Under the pieces are notes generated by a model. It was not told the DNA's origin. It saw only the letters and a program-made list of their open reading frames with translations, and made no database searches. The position numbers and the translations under genes were made by a program. From Alphaproteobacteria bacterium (lineage in GTDB: Bacteria; Pseudomonadota; Alphaproteobacteria; Rs-D84), in NCBI GenBank assembly GCA_017475605.1, contig JAFVFD010000002.1:11769-75768 (forward strand): a stretch of DNA of 64,000 nucleotides, in the 5' to 3' direction. Positions 37,413-46,387 of the stretch are shown here, piece by piece (position 1 is the first letter of the stretch; each line of letters opens with the position of its first letter).

Positions 37413-38654
37413 TTATTTCATTGTAACAACGAAATTTTCCCCATCTATACCAATAATTTTACAATCACAAATCGTGCGATTTGGTATCGATTCCCCCATA
37501 ATTCGAACGGAAATATCGTGCGCAGTGCGCCCAAGGTTGTCATTTTCGACCAAAACAGTTACAAATTGTCCCAAATGTGCGTTCATAAAGTCTTTACGAT
37601 TACAGGTTGCCGCGTTTGTAATGGCTTTTACACGTTGTTTTGATGTGTTTTTAGGCACCTGGTTCGGCATGGTGGCGGCCGGTGTCCCCGGACGTGGCGA
37701 ATATGGAAATGCGTGAATCTTAATTGGTTTTGTATCGGCGACCAGATTAAGTGTTTCGGCGAATAATTCGTCTGTTTCACCGGGAAAGCCACAAATAATA
37801 TCCCAACTGAATGTGATGCCATCGGCATATGCCACAATGTCGCGCACCATTTGCGCTGTGTGCCGACGACGCATTGTGCGCAATATTTCGTCCGACCCTG
37901 ACTGCATAGAAAGGTGCATGTGTGGCATCATGCGTTCGTTTTCGTGTATAAGGTCTATTATTTTATAAATTTCGGGCGATGCCGGGTCCGTTGATGAAAG
38001 GCGCAGTCGCCGTATTTCCGGGACATCAGCCAACAATTTACGGCACAAGTCGGATATAAGGAACGGCTTGCCATCGTAAATTCGGTGATAAGATGCGCTG
38101 TCCACTCCGGTAAGGACGATTTCCGCATATCCGTTTTGAACGGCAAGGCGAACATCTGCCAGAATATCGGCGTATTCCAGTGATATTGACGGCCCACGCA
38201 AAAGGCGCGTTATACAATACGTGCATTCGTGATTACAGCCGTTTTGAATCTGGATAAACTGCTTGGACATTGGTGTGTCGGGGTTTGAAACATGTATTTC
38301 GTCCGGCTGGGTGGCAAAATCAAAGTCCGCCGCCGCGCGCACATAGGCATCTTGATTTAATTTTTCAGAATTATGAACAACGCGGGCATTTGGTATTTTG
38401 TCATAGGCGCGTGTGTCATGTGTGGCGGCACAACCAGTTATGAAAATAGGGGTTGTGGGGTTTTCGCGTGCGACGCGTCGTACATATTGCGCAGATTGAC
38501 GTTCGGCTTCGCCGGTTACCGCACAGGTGTTAACGACAATCGCCCGCGGCAGTGCCCCACGCAGCATTTCCGCAATCTTTTCAGATTCCACCGCATTAAG
38601 CCGGCAACCGAAAGTAACTGTCCTTATATAATTTTTATTATTTTCTGCTTGCAT
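37413..38654 (-). CDS. mtaB: Radical-SAM methylthiotransferase, MtaB-like (tRNA t6A37 methylthiotransferase) / MiaB family
   Basis: The N-terminal MTTase domain TFGCRLNAVESE has 3 Cys. Radical SAM motif GCNHECTYC. Confidence 0.8.
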   Translation of the reverse strand: MQAENNKNYIRTVTFGCRLNAVESEKIAEMLRGALPRAIVVNTCAVTGEAERQSAQYVRRVARENPTTPIFITGCAATHDTRAYDKIPNARVVHNSEKLNQDAYVRAAADFDFATQPDEIHVSNPDTPMSKQFIQIQNGCNHECTYCITRLLRGPSISLEYADILADVRLAVQNGYAEIVLTGVDSASYHRIYDGKPFLISDLCRKLLADVPEIRRLRLSSTDPASPEIYKIIDLIHENERMMPHMHLSMQSGSDEILRTMRRRHTAQMVRDIVAYADGITFSWDIICGFPGETDELFAETLNLVADTKPIKIHAFPYSPRPGTPAATMPNQVPKNTSKQRVKAITNAATCNRKDFMNAHLGQFVTVLVENDNLGRTAHDISVRIMGESIPNRTICDCKIIGIDGENFVVTMK

Positions 38655-38713
38655 TTTTACTGTCCTTGGGGCATTATAACCTGACTTAAAATGATTTCAA
38701 CAAAGGATTTAAA

Positions 38714-39097
38714 ATGGCCCGTACAACAAATTCAGATACTTTGCCATATGTAGAAAGCCGCTATGAACTGGGAATGCTGGCATCTCAACGTGTTCGCGAC
38801 CTTAACGGTGGGGCAGAGGCGGTTGTTGATAAAAACGATGATAAATTGACGGTTGTTGCGTTGCGCGAAATCGCCAGTGGTAAATTAGACGTTCAAAATG
38901 TTCGCCATGAATTTATCCAGTCTTACAAGGAAGCACCGATTTCCGAAACAGCCGAAGAAACCCTGGAAGTTGGCAGTGAAGATCCAATGTTGCGTGAAAT
39001 TGATGCGGAATTGGAAAACACATTGGTTGATACGACCACGGATGCCGGCGAAGATGTTGCCGACGATGTCGCGGTTGATTCACCAGATGCCGAATAA
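38714..39097 (+). CDS. rpoZ: DNA-directed RNA polymerase subunit omega
   Basis: SRYELGMLASQRVRDLNGG matches the RpoZ core. Acidic C-terminal tail. Confidence 0.85.
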   Translation: MARTTNSDTLPYVESRYELGMLASQRVRDLNGGAEAVVDKNDDKLTVVALREIASGKLDVQNVRHEFIQSYKEAPISETAEETLEVGSEDPMLREIDAELENTLVDTTTDAGEDVADDVAVDSPDAE

Positions 39098-39115
39098 TTC
39101 AGCATATTGATATCC

Positions 39116-39206
39116 GGAGACGTCGCATAGTTGGTCTAGTGCGCCACATTGGAAATGTGGTATACTCGCAAGGGTATCAAGGGTTCGAATCCCTTCGTCT
39201 CCGCCA
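39116..39206 (+). tRNA. tRNA-Ser (anticodon GGA)
   Basis: Acceptor GGAGACG/CGTCTCC. Anticodon stem CCACA/TGTGG with loop TTGGAAA. Long variable arm. T-arm AAGGG-TTCGAAT-CCCTT. CCA is encoded. Confidence 0.88.
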
Positions 39207-39239
39207 GAAAATTACCCCGCATTTGCGGGGTTAATTTTT

Positions 39240-39385
39240 GGCGGATATGTGAGGCAGATTTGAACCATTAGCAACGAATGTTGCTGGGTTCGAAAACAAG
39301 TAGATTTTGCAAGCGCAGCGTGGCGAAATCGTTACGGTTTGCCCGCAGGCACATTGTGCCGAGGGAATCCCTTCGTCTCCGCCAG
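39240..39385. repeat. Element A, copy 2
   Basis: It starts with TGGCGGA, an inverted tRNA-Ser 3' terminus. Then ..CAGATTTGAACC, the hairpin AGCAAC-gaat-GTTGCT, GGGTTCGAAAACAAGTAGATTTTG, a core, and the hairpin GGCACA-tt-GTGCC. It ends with GAGGGAATCCCTTCGTCTCCGCCAG, the tRNA-Ser 3' end. Both hairpins carry compensatory changes relative to copy 1. Confidence 0.75.
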
Positions 39386-39435
39386 AAAATTAAAATCTTA
39401 AAACGCCCCGTTCGGGGTGTTTTTGATTTTAACTG

Positions 39436-39583
39436 GCGTGGACGAAGGGATGGGTCAGAGCGAAGCGCATGACCAATACGCAGATGAACAATTACAAAAC
39501 CTGCAAAAACGGATATTTTTAATAGAGTTTTTGCGTTTAGGTTTTGTTTTTGTTTATCAAGGGGGGGGTATCGTCTCCGCCAG
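39436..39583. repeat. Element B, copy 2
   Basis: GGCGTGGACGAAGGGAT is the reverse complement of the tRNA-Ser 3' end, with 15 of 17 bases matching. Core GATGGGTCAGAGCGAAGCGCATGACCAATACGCAGATGAACAATTA. An AT-rich spacer follows, then TTGTTTATCAAGGGGGGG plus CGTCTCCGCCAG. Terminator copies lie at 39398..39426 and 39598..39625. Confidence 0.75.
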
Positions 39584-39688
39584 AAAATTAAAATCTTAAA
39601 ACACCCGTTCGGGGTGTTTTTTATTTAGGAGGGGGAGGAATTGATTGATTTTTTTATGGTTTTGTGATATAATATGTGCAACTAAACG

Positions 39689-39713
39689 GACGGCATTTGC
39701 CGTCTTTTTTTAT
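39689..39713 (+). terminator. Terminator-like hairpin between the repeat array and the toxin gene
   Basis: GACGGCAtttGCCGTC followed by a T-run. Confidence 0.55.
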
Positions 39714-39758
39714 TTCCACCGCTACGTGCGGGTTTTTTATTTAACAAAAGGAGTTATA

Positions 39759-40910
39759 ATGCAAACACCAAAATTTTTACGCAATTTATTACAATCTAAT
39801 AACTATTGGAATAAAAATAGTACTGAATTCGCAAAAGCAAATGAATATCTGGAAAAGTTATATCCAGTGCAACTGTCCGCTGATTTATCAGGAAGATTTG
39901 TTGAACCGCCATACGATATGACCCTGGAACAATTTGAAAGCGCACAACGGCAATTCGACAAAGATTTGGAAGATGCGATTCATGAAGCAGAAGATTCAGT
40001 AGATGATGCAAATGGAACAGCAGAGCCAATTGACTATGACCAATATGTAGATATTGAAGAAACGATAGATGTTCGTGTTTTGATGCCAGGTGGAAATATA
40101 GAATATATGCAACTTGTCGTATATATGTTGAATTTGCCTGATGATGACACTGATGTGGAACTGGAACCAGATAAAACACAAAGGATTTGGATATGGCACA
40201 GCGAAGAAGACGAAAATGTTTGCGATGATTGTGTATCACACGATGACGAAGTATTCGAAGACAAAGACGATATTCCAGAAATTCCCGTGCATCCTAACTG
40301 TCGTTGTTGGGTTGAAGAAGTAAAGTTAGATGACAACGGTAAACCTATTTCAAGTAAAGCATACAAAGGGCAAAAGCCAGAAATACCGAAAAATGACAAA
40401 GAACCTCAGTCAGAAAAAACGCCAACTTTTGATAAACCTGTTGATATAAAAGAAGGTCAATATGCCACATTTGACGGGAAAAATCTGACTATATTTCAAG
40501 ACGGCAAAGTTGTTGCTTCGTGGAATGCGGTATCAGGTCGTCCAGAGTATCAAAGTCCAGAATATCAAAATCTAAAATCCACAGGTCCAATTCCAGAAGG
40601 TGCATATGTAGCAAGACAAGAAAAATTACAACATATGTCACCAGCAGATTGGGCAATTGGATGGTCCAGAGTTCTGGGAAATAAATTTGGTGGGAAATGG
40701 CCGGGTTCATCTGTTTCTTGGGGAAATTCTCGCGTATGGCTGGAACCTTCAAAAGAAACAAACACTTTTGGACGTGACAAATTCAGTATTCACGGAGGCT
40801 TGTTTCCTGGTTCTGCAGGTTGTATAGATTTGACGGACCAAATAAACTCTTTTACATCTTGGTTGGAAAGTACTGGAAAAGATTTACTGATATATGTAAA
40901 ATATAAATAA
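39759..40910 (+). CDS. Fusion protein with polymorphic-toxin architecture: a MuF-like C-terminal motif (CxxC...HPNCRC) plus a C-terminal L,D-transpeptidase/YkuD-like domain
   Basis: Start taken at MQTPKF with an AAGGAG Shine-Dalgarno (the ORF track starts earlier, at 39645). VCDDCVSHDDEVF...IPVHPNCRCWV resembles the phage Mu F / SPP1 gp7 C-terminal signature. The C-terminus FSIHGGLFPGSAGCIDL resembles the L,D-transpeptidase His...Cys active-site motif. No signal peptide. Confidence 0.5.
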   Translation: MQTPKFLRNLLQSNNYWNKNSTEFAKANEYLEKLYPVQLSADLSGRFVEPPYDMTLEQFESAQRQFDKDLEDAIHEAEDSVDDANGTAEPIDYDQYVDIEETIDVRVLMPGGNIEYMQLVVYMLNLPDDDTDVELEPDKTQRIWIWHSEEDENVCDDCVSHDDEVFEDKDDIPEIPVHPNCRCWVEEVKLDDNGKPISSKAYKGQKPEIPKNDKEPQSEKTPTFDKPVDIKEGQYATFDGKNLTIFQDGKVVASWNAVSGRPEYQSPEYQNLKSTGPIPEGAYVARQEKLQHMSPADWAIGWSRVLGNKFGGKWPGSSVSWGNSRVWLEPSKETNTFGRDKFSIHGGLFPGSAGCIDLTDQINSFTSWLESTGKDLLIYVKYK

Positions 40911-40925
40911 GTCAAAGGACATTTT

Positions 40926-41273
40926 ATGAAATATTGGAAACGCGCAGCAATAATTTTTGTTGGAATTGATTTTTTTCTACTTTTTGCGTTGATTGATGAA
41001 TATTATGAATTTTTTATCAAGGATTGTCGTGATGCGTTTCCATTCCATTATTGTCCATGGGGTGGCGAAAGTATGGGTTGGGGATGGAGAAATGCCGATG
41101 TATATTTGAATGGCATAGCATCATCTGGTGCTGTTTTATTATTGTTTATTCCATTGGCAATATATCATTTGTACAATCAAAATTATAAATATGCATTTTG
41201 GACTGCTTTAGCCCCAATCATAATATCTTGGAGTAGTGAATTTTTAGAACGTATTTTATATTATTGTGCTTAA
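40926..41273 (+). CDS. Small polytopic membrane protein; candidate immunity protein for the upstream toxin
   Basis: 115 aa with 3 predicted TM helices. Starts 15 nt after the toxin stop. Confidence 0.4.
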   Translation: MKYWKRAAIIFVGIDFFLLFALIDEYYEFFIKDCRDAFPFHYCPWGGESMGWGWRNADVYLNGIASSGAVLLLFIPLAIYHLYNQNYKYAFWTALAPIIISWSSEFLERILYYCA

Positions 41274-41280
41274 CTTGTTG

Positions 41281-41335
41281 ACATTTGAAAATAATGGACA
41301 TGATTTAATTGTTAATGTAAAATACAAATGATGAG
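41281..41335. repeat. Direct repeat, left copy, flanking the 41328..41630 cassette
   Basis: TTGAAAATAATGGACATGATTTAATTGTTAATGTAAAATAC compared with the copy at 41632..41690, TTGAAAACAATGAACATGATCTAATTATCAATATAAAGAAATAC. Confidence 0.6.
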
Positions 41336-41630
41336 TTTTATAGGCAGTTTTTTATCTATGACCCTTGCATTATTCTTTCTGAATGATTTGTCGGGGCTTT
41401 TAAGTAACGGTAAATGGGACGGCTTACTGCATTTTATATGCGAACATGATTGCCTTATGCTTGTTGATAAAATAGCCCTAGTATTATTTAGTACGATGTT
41501 TGTATTTTTTTCTATACAGGCAATAAAACTATACAAATGGAAATTTTTATTTGTCCCTTTATTATCTTGCCTTGCATGGTTATTGTTGATGATGTTACAT
41601 TTATTGACAGTATATTTGTTTTTTGTATGA
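41328..41630 (+). CDS. Small hydrophobic membrane protein; second immunity-like cassette
   Basis: 100 aa with 3 TM helices. Flanked by ~55-nt direct repeats. Confidence 0.35.
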   Translation: MMSFIGSFLSMTLALFFLNDLSGLLSNGKWDGLLHFICEHDCLMLVDKIALVLFSTMFVFFSIQAIKLYKWKFLFVPLLSCLAWLLLMMLHLLTVYLFFV

Positions 41631-41631
41631 T

Positions 41632-41690
41632 TTGAAAACAATGAACATGATCTAATTATCAATATAAAGAAATACTTTGTCCTGCATCAT
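41632..41690. repeat. Direct repeat, right copy
   Basis: See the left copy at 41281..41335. Confidence 0.6.
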
Positions 41691-41719
41691 TTGGTGCAGG
41701 TTTTTTTATAAAAAAAGAG

Positions 41720-42238
41720 ATGAAAGATATGAAAATGAGTGACAATGGCATAAATATGTTAAAAAAATTTGAAGGTTCTGTAACAAAAGGCGATAAACAC
41801 ATTATATATGATGATAAAACCGGGAAACCCGTGGATGTGAACAAACCTTTACCAAGTGGTGCAACTATCGGTTATGGTCATTTAATCAAACCGAACGAAG
41901 ATTTTAGAAACGGAATTTCAGAATCTAAAGCCACCGAATTATTACGCGCCGACATTGCAACTGCAGAACGTGCCGTACGAGATAACATAACTGTACCATT
42001 ATCACAGAATCAATTTGATGCTCTGACTTCTTTGGCTTATAATATCGGCTCAAAAAATTTCGCAAATTCAACCGTTGTTAAATATGTAAACAATCCGAAT
42101 TTTCATAGTTCTGTGTATCCAAATCTGGAATCTGCATGGAAGACATGGAATCGTTCCCAGGGCAACGTATTAAAGGGTCTTGTAAACCGCAGACAAAACG
42201 AATGGGTTATGTATAATCGTGGTATATATTTAATTTAG
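41720..42238 (+). CDS. Phage-type lysozyme (GH24, lambda/T4-like endolysin fold)
   Basis: LKKFEGSVTKGD..YDD..GKPV....TIGYGH matches the GH24 catalytic region. QFDALTSLAYNIG. Confidence 0.85.
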   Translation: MKDMKMSDNGINMLKKFEGSVTKGDKHIIYDDKTGKPVDVNKPLPSGATIGYGHLIKPNEDFRNGISESKATELLRADIATAERAVRDNITVPLSQNQFDALTSLAYNIGSKNFANSTVVKYVNNPNFHSSVYPNLESAWKTWNRSQGNVLKGLVNRRQNEWVMYNRGIYLI

Positions 42239-42307
42239 ATAATAACAGTAAGGTTCTGCTGTTTTTTAGCGTTTTTAATTGGCAATATTGGGGTAATATG
42301 ACATAAT

Positions 42308-43528
42308 TTGCCCATGGGTCAAATAATAATACATGTTGATATGGATGCCTTTTATGCCGCGGTTGAAATGCGCGACAATCCGTCGTTGCGTGGGAAACCC
42401 CTGATAATAGGTTCTTTGCCACACGAACGCGGGGTTGTGTCAACCTGTAACTATGCCGCACGCAAATATGGTGTGCATTCTGGTATGAATATCAAGGATG
42501 CGTACAGACTGTGCCCAAATGGGGTATATATGCACCCAAATTTTGATAAATATAAATCTGTGTCGCACCAGTTACATGAAATATGGGATGGGTATGCAAC
42601 GGCATCAGAATCGGTTGCCTTTGACGAGGCTTATTTAGACGTAACAAAACAGGCCGGCGATTTTGCCGGTGCGCGTAAAATCGCACATGAAATCAAGCAG
42701 CGTGTCCGCGATGAATTGCAATTAAGTTGCTCGGTTGGTGTTGCGTATTCTAAAACCGCGGCGAAAATCGCCAGCGAAGAGAAAAAACCAGATGGCTATT
42801 TTGAAATAGAAACCCCCGACGATTTTGTAAACCTTATAATAGATCGTGATGTCGGGGTGCTTTATACTGTTGGTGCGCGAACCGCACAAAAATTGTCGTC
42901 TGTCGGTATAAAAACGGTGCGTGATATACGCGATAACAGCGCGCGCGTAATTGAATTGTTGGGCAAACATGGTCGCTGGTTAACAAATATTGCGTTTGGG
43001 GTGGATAATCGGAGTGTAACACCATATGACCCGCATAATGCGAAAACAATCGGACGCGAAATTACATTTCAACAAGATGTAAATAACACTGATTTATTGC
43101 GTGATATCCTGTTGTTGTTGTCGCTTTGTGTGGAACATCGGGTGAATCGTGTTGGATTGGTGGGCGGTGGGGTTACTTTAAAAATTACATATTCCAATAT
43201 GCGCAAAATCACGCGCAGCGAGTTGTGTTCATGTGCCAATGCCGTTGATATATATAATACAACGGTGCGTTTGCTGGGGAATATTGAACGGCGGCCTGTG
43301 CGATTGATTGGTGTTGGGGTATATAACTTGACGCATACCGGTGTTGCGCAATTGTCATTAGGTGAAATGTTAAAACCAAACGCTTCTGAAACTGAATTGC
43401 ACGATTTGTTAACTATGCTGGGGAATAAATATAATTTGGACTTTGCTGGTAATTTGAATAAACTTTTTGAAATGGAAACACTTTACAAAACAATTGAATA
43501 TATGCGAAAGCATGCAGTGCATGTTTAA
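42308..43528 (+). CDS. dinB: DNA polymerase IV (Y-family)
   Basis: IIHVDMDAFYAAVEMRDNPSLRGKPLIIG and SCSVGVAYSK. Confidence 0.9.
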   Translation: MPMGQIIIHVDMDAFYAAVEMRDNPSLRGKPLIIGSLPHERGVVSTCNYAARKYGVHSGMNIKDAYRLCPNGVYMHPNFDKYKSVSHQLHEIWDGYATASESVAFDEAYLDVTKQAGDFAGARKIAHEIKQRVRDELQLSCSVGVAYSKTAAKIASEEKKPDGYFEIETPDDFVNLIIDRDVGVLYTVGARTAQKLSSVGIKTVRDIRDNSARVIELLGKHGRWLTNIAFGVDNRSVTPYDPHNAKTIGREITFQQDVNNTDLLRDILLLLSLCVEHRVNRVGLVGGGVTLKITYSNMRKITRSELCSCANAVDIYNTTVRLLGNIERRPVRLIGVGVYNLTHTGVAQLSLGEMLKPNASETELHDLLTMLGNKYNLDFAGNLNKLFEMETLYKTIEYMRKHAVHV

Positions 43529-43565
43529 TCAAAAATGATTTGTTTATAGTGTTTTTTATGGTATA

Positions 43566-43880
43566 ATGTACACTATGAAAAAGAATATTTTATTTTTATT
43601 AATTGCGGCGGTCGCTTTCGCGGGCTGTCGTTCAGATGATGCGCCGGTTGACAATGGCGATTATGTTGATTGTATTGACTGTGGAACGGTGAATATGGTT
43701 GAATATTCGATGCCACATGGCAATGATTTAAAACTGGAAACCGCGCACCATGTGATTCAGATTGATGCCGTACCTGGCAAAACATACGATTATTATGTTT
43801 GGACCGGTAACAAAGATTATGCGGACGATCCTGATATCATTGTGAACGAAGGGACGGCTGCGGTTCTGGTGTCTGAATAA
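43566..43880 (+). CDS. Small lipoprotein, hypothetical
   Basis: Signal plus lipobox FAGC. 104 aa. Coupled to ybaK. Confidence 0.5.
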   Translation: MYTMKKNILFLLIAAVAFAGCRSDDAPVDNGDYVDCIDCGTVNMVEYSMPHGNDLKLETAHHVIQIDAVPGKTYDYYVWTGNKDYADDPDIIVNEGTAAVLVSE

Positions 43881-44350
43881 TGGAATATAAAACAAATGTT
43901 ATGCGCGTTTTGGACGCGCATAAAATATTTTATCAACATTTTGAATATGTTGTTAACCCCACAATGAATGGGGTTGATATTGCGCACGCGCAAAATCAAA
44001 ATCCAGATATGGTATTCAAAACATTGTTAACAATGGCACGTCCGGGGCGTTATTATGTGTTTTTGGTTCCTGTGGCGCATGAATTGGACCTTAAACGTGC
44101 AGCGGTTGCCGTAAATGAAAAGTCCTTGAATATGGTTCATCAGCGCGATTTGTTGGGTATATGTGGCTATGTTCATGGTGGATGCAGTCCGATTGGTATG
44201 AAAAAACAATTCCCAACGGTTATTGATGCGTGTGCTAAACGGTTATCTGAAATAATAGTAAGTGCCGGTCGCCCCGGTCATCAAATACAAATCGCATTGT
44301 CGGATATTCAGAAAATCATACCGTTGTCATTTGCGGAAATATTGGAATGA
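43880..44350 (+). CDS. ybaK: Cys-tRNA(Pro)/Cys-tRNA(Cys) deacylase YbaK
   Basis: YbaK/ProX editing-domain motifs. GYVHGGCSPIGMKK. Confidence 0.85.
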   Translation: MEYKTNVMRVLDAHKIFYQHFEYVVNPTMNGVDIAHAQNQNPDMVFKTLLTMARPGRYYVFLVPVAHELDLKRAAVAVNEKSLNMVHQRDLLGICGYVHGGCSPIGMKKQFPTVIDACAKRLSEIIVSAGRPGHQIQIALSDIQKIIPLSFAEILE

Positions 44351-45147
44351 TACATTGTATTTGTATCGTTAAAGAAAGATAAAATATCATCGCCAATCGC
44401 CCCGCAATTTATTTCCATAAGCATTCTGTCCCGGACATCAGGATACATAAGTAACATTGTGTGTGTTAAATCGTTGTTGGCATAAGAATTATACAATGCG
44501 CGACTTAAACGCACACTGGGGGTGCCATAATCGTTCGGACCGCATATAATTAAAATAGGGTTTTCATAGTTACTTTTTTTATCTAATTTTATTAGTCCGT
44601 CCAACAAAGAAGCATAAAAACCATAGGTTCCGATGGGGGCCTTTTGGGTGTGTCCACAATGGCGGCGGGTAAAAAAGTTTACTATTCGTGCCGTTGCATC
44701 GGCCCCATAAATACGCATACCAATATGCGCGATTAATTGGGCCATTTTTAGTTTCCACCGCGCATGCCGTCCTGATTTTATAAGGCATACACCCGCAGAT
44801 TCTGTATCAATATTTTGTAACATAGACTGAACAATAAAACCACCATACCCGTATCCAATTAAAAACAATGGTAAATCGTATTTGATATTAAGGTGGCGCA
44901 TAATGTCAATCTCTTGATTAACTGCGGATTCAAATGTGCGTGGCTTTTTTGACAACGATATATCTGTGCTGAAAACGATATAACCATTTTGATTCAAAAA
45001 GTGCGCAAATTTATCATATGTCGCGGCGCAATCAAAGACACCATGAACAATTTGAATAACACCAATCGGATTTGAAACATTATCCCAGGTCGCACACATA
45101 AGGCGTGCATTATCAGATGTTGTAAAAATTTTATTTTTCATATACAC
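44308..45147 (-). CDS. Alpha/beta-hydrolase-fold protein
   Basis: The HGVFDC...LIGYGYGGF elbow region has an atypical nucleophile. The 3' end overlaps ybaK convergently by 43 nt. Confidence 0.55.
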   Translation of the reverse strand: MYMKNKIFTTSDNARLMCATWDNVSNPIGVIQIVHGVFDCAATYDKFAHFLNQNGYIVFSTDISLSKKPRTFESAVNQEIDIMRHLNIKYDLPLFLIGYGYGGFIVQSMLQNIDTESAGVCLIKSGRHARWKLKMAQLIAHIGMRIYGADATARIVNFFTRRHCGHTQKAPIGTYGFYASLLDGLIKLDKKSNYENPILIICGPNDYGTPSVRLSRALYNSYANNDLTHTMLLMYPDVRDRMLMEINCGAIGDDILSFFNDTNTMYHSNISANDNGMIF

Positions 45148-45199
45148 ATGGACAATGATATATGTATATCAAATCTTATGCGATAGGTTCATTTTCCGA

Positions 45200-46357
45200 T
45201 TATATCGCGTTTCCGGCAACAAAACCGCTGGACCATGCCCATTGTAAATTAAAACCGCCCAAATCGCCCGCTATGTCCAATACTTCGCCAATGAAATACA
45301 GGCCCGAACATAATTTTGATTCCATTGTTTTTGATGAAACATCCGCGGTATCAACGCCACCACGAACAACCTCGGCAGACGAAAGCGAATGATATTTAAT
45401 ATCGGTGGCTGGTATTTCTGTGTGTGATATAGATTTTGCGATGTTTTTTAGGTCTGTGTCGCGTAAATCGGCAATTCTGGTGTCAATGCCGCCACAAAAC
45501 CATTTAGCAACGCGTGTGGGCAATTTTTGCGCCAATACGGACGAAAGAGTTTTTTTCCCATCATTATGTTTTGCCATGCGTAAATATTCGTAAATATCAA
45601 TACCCGGGCACAGGTTTATTATTATGTTATCTTCTATATCACGAACAGATGCGCGATATGCCGCCGGCCCTCCAATTCCAAAATGCGTGAACAGCATATC
45701 GTCATAAATGGTTTGCCGTCCGATAGTTATTGATACGGGTAATGATATCCCCATAAAATCTGATGGGAAAACCTTTGTCGCAATTGCACACAGGGCGGGG
45801 CGTATTGGTACGATTTTATGCCCAAAACTTTTTGCGATTTTGTGCCCTATATCCGATACCCCCATCGAATCAAATGATGTGCCGCCGGTTGCAACAATAA
45901 GATTGTGTGCGGTAAAATTGCCGTTCGTTGTTTGTATGTTGAAAATATTATTCTGTTTTGTTGCACCAATAACCGCGGTGTCATAAAAAATATCGGCATC
46001 ATGTGCATCGGAAACCAATGCCATAACGACTGCTTTTGCGCCGTCCGCACAGAAGTATTGTCCAGCCGCTTTTTCTGTTATCTTTATTTTGTGGTCTTTT
46101 GCCCAGGTCAACATATCGGTTGGGGAAAATCGTGCCAGTGCTCCACGAATGAAGTTGGGATTTTTACCAAAGTAATGTGTTGCATCGGCGGACAGGTTTG
46201 TGAAATTACAACGTCCACCGCCAGATACGGCGACCTTGCGTGCCGGGGCATTCCCCATGTCAATAATGGCGACAGACCGATTGTTTTTCAGCGCATTTGC
46301 CGCCGCAAACAATCCAGACGCACCACAGCCTAATATAATCACATCATAAGTTTTCAT
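45200..46357 (-). CDS. HI0933/BaiN-family NAD(P)/FAD-dependent flavoprotein
   Basis: Rossmann motif VIILGCGASGLFAA. 385 aa, which is typical for this family. Confidence 0.85.
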   Translation of the reverse strand: MKTYDVIILGCGASGLFAAANALKNNRSVAIIDMGNAPARKVAVSGGGRCNFTNLSADATHYFGKNPNFIRGALARFSPTDMLTWAKDHKIKITEKAAGQYFCADGAKAVVMALVSDAHDADIFYDTAVIGATKQNNIFNIQTTNGNFTAHNLIVATGGTSFDSMGVSDIGHKIAKSFGHKIVPIRPALCAIATKVFPSDFMGISLPVSITIGRQTIYDDMLFTHFGIGGPAAYRASVRDIEDNIIINLCPGIDIYEYLRMAKHNDGKKTLSSVLAQKLPTRVAKWFCGGIDTRIADLRDTDLKNIAKSISHTEIPATDIKYHSLSSAEVVRGGVDTADVSSKTMESKLCSGLYFIGEVLDIAGDLGGFNLQWAWSSGFVAGNAI

Positions 46358-46387
46358 GGTTATATTTATAATACAACGATTTGTTTA

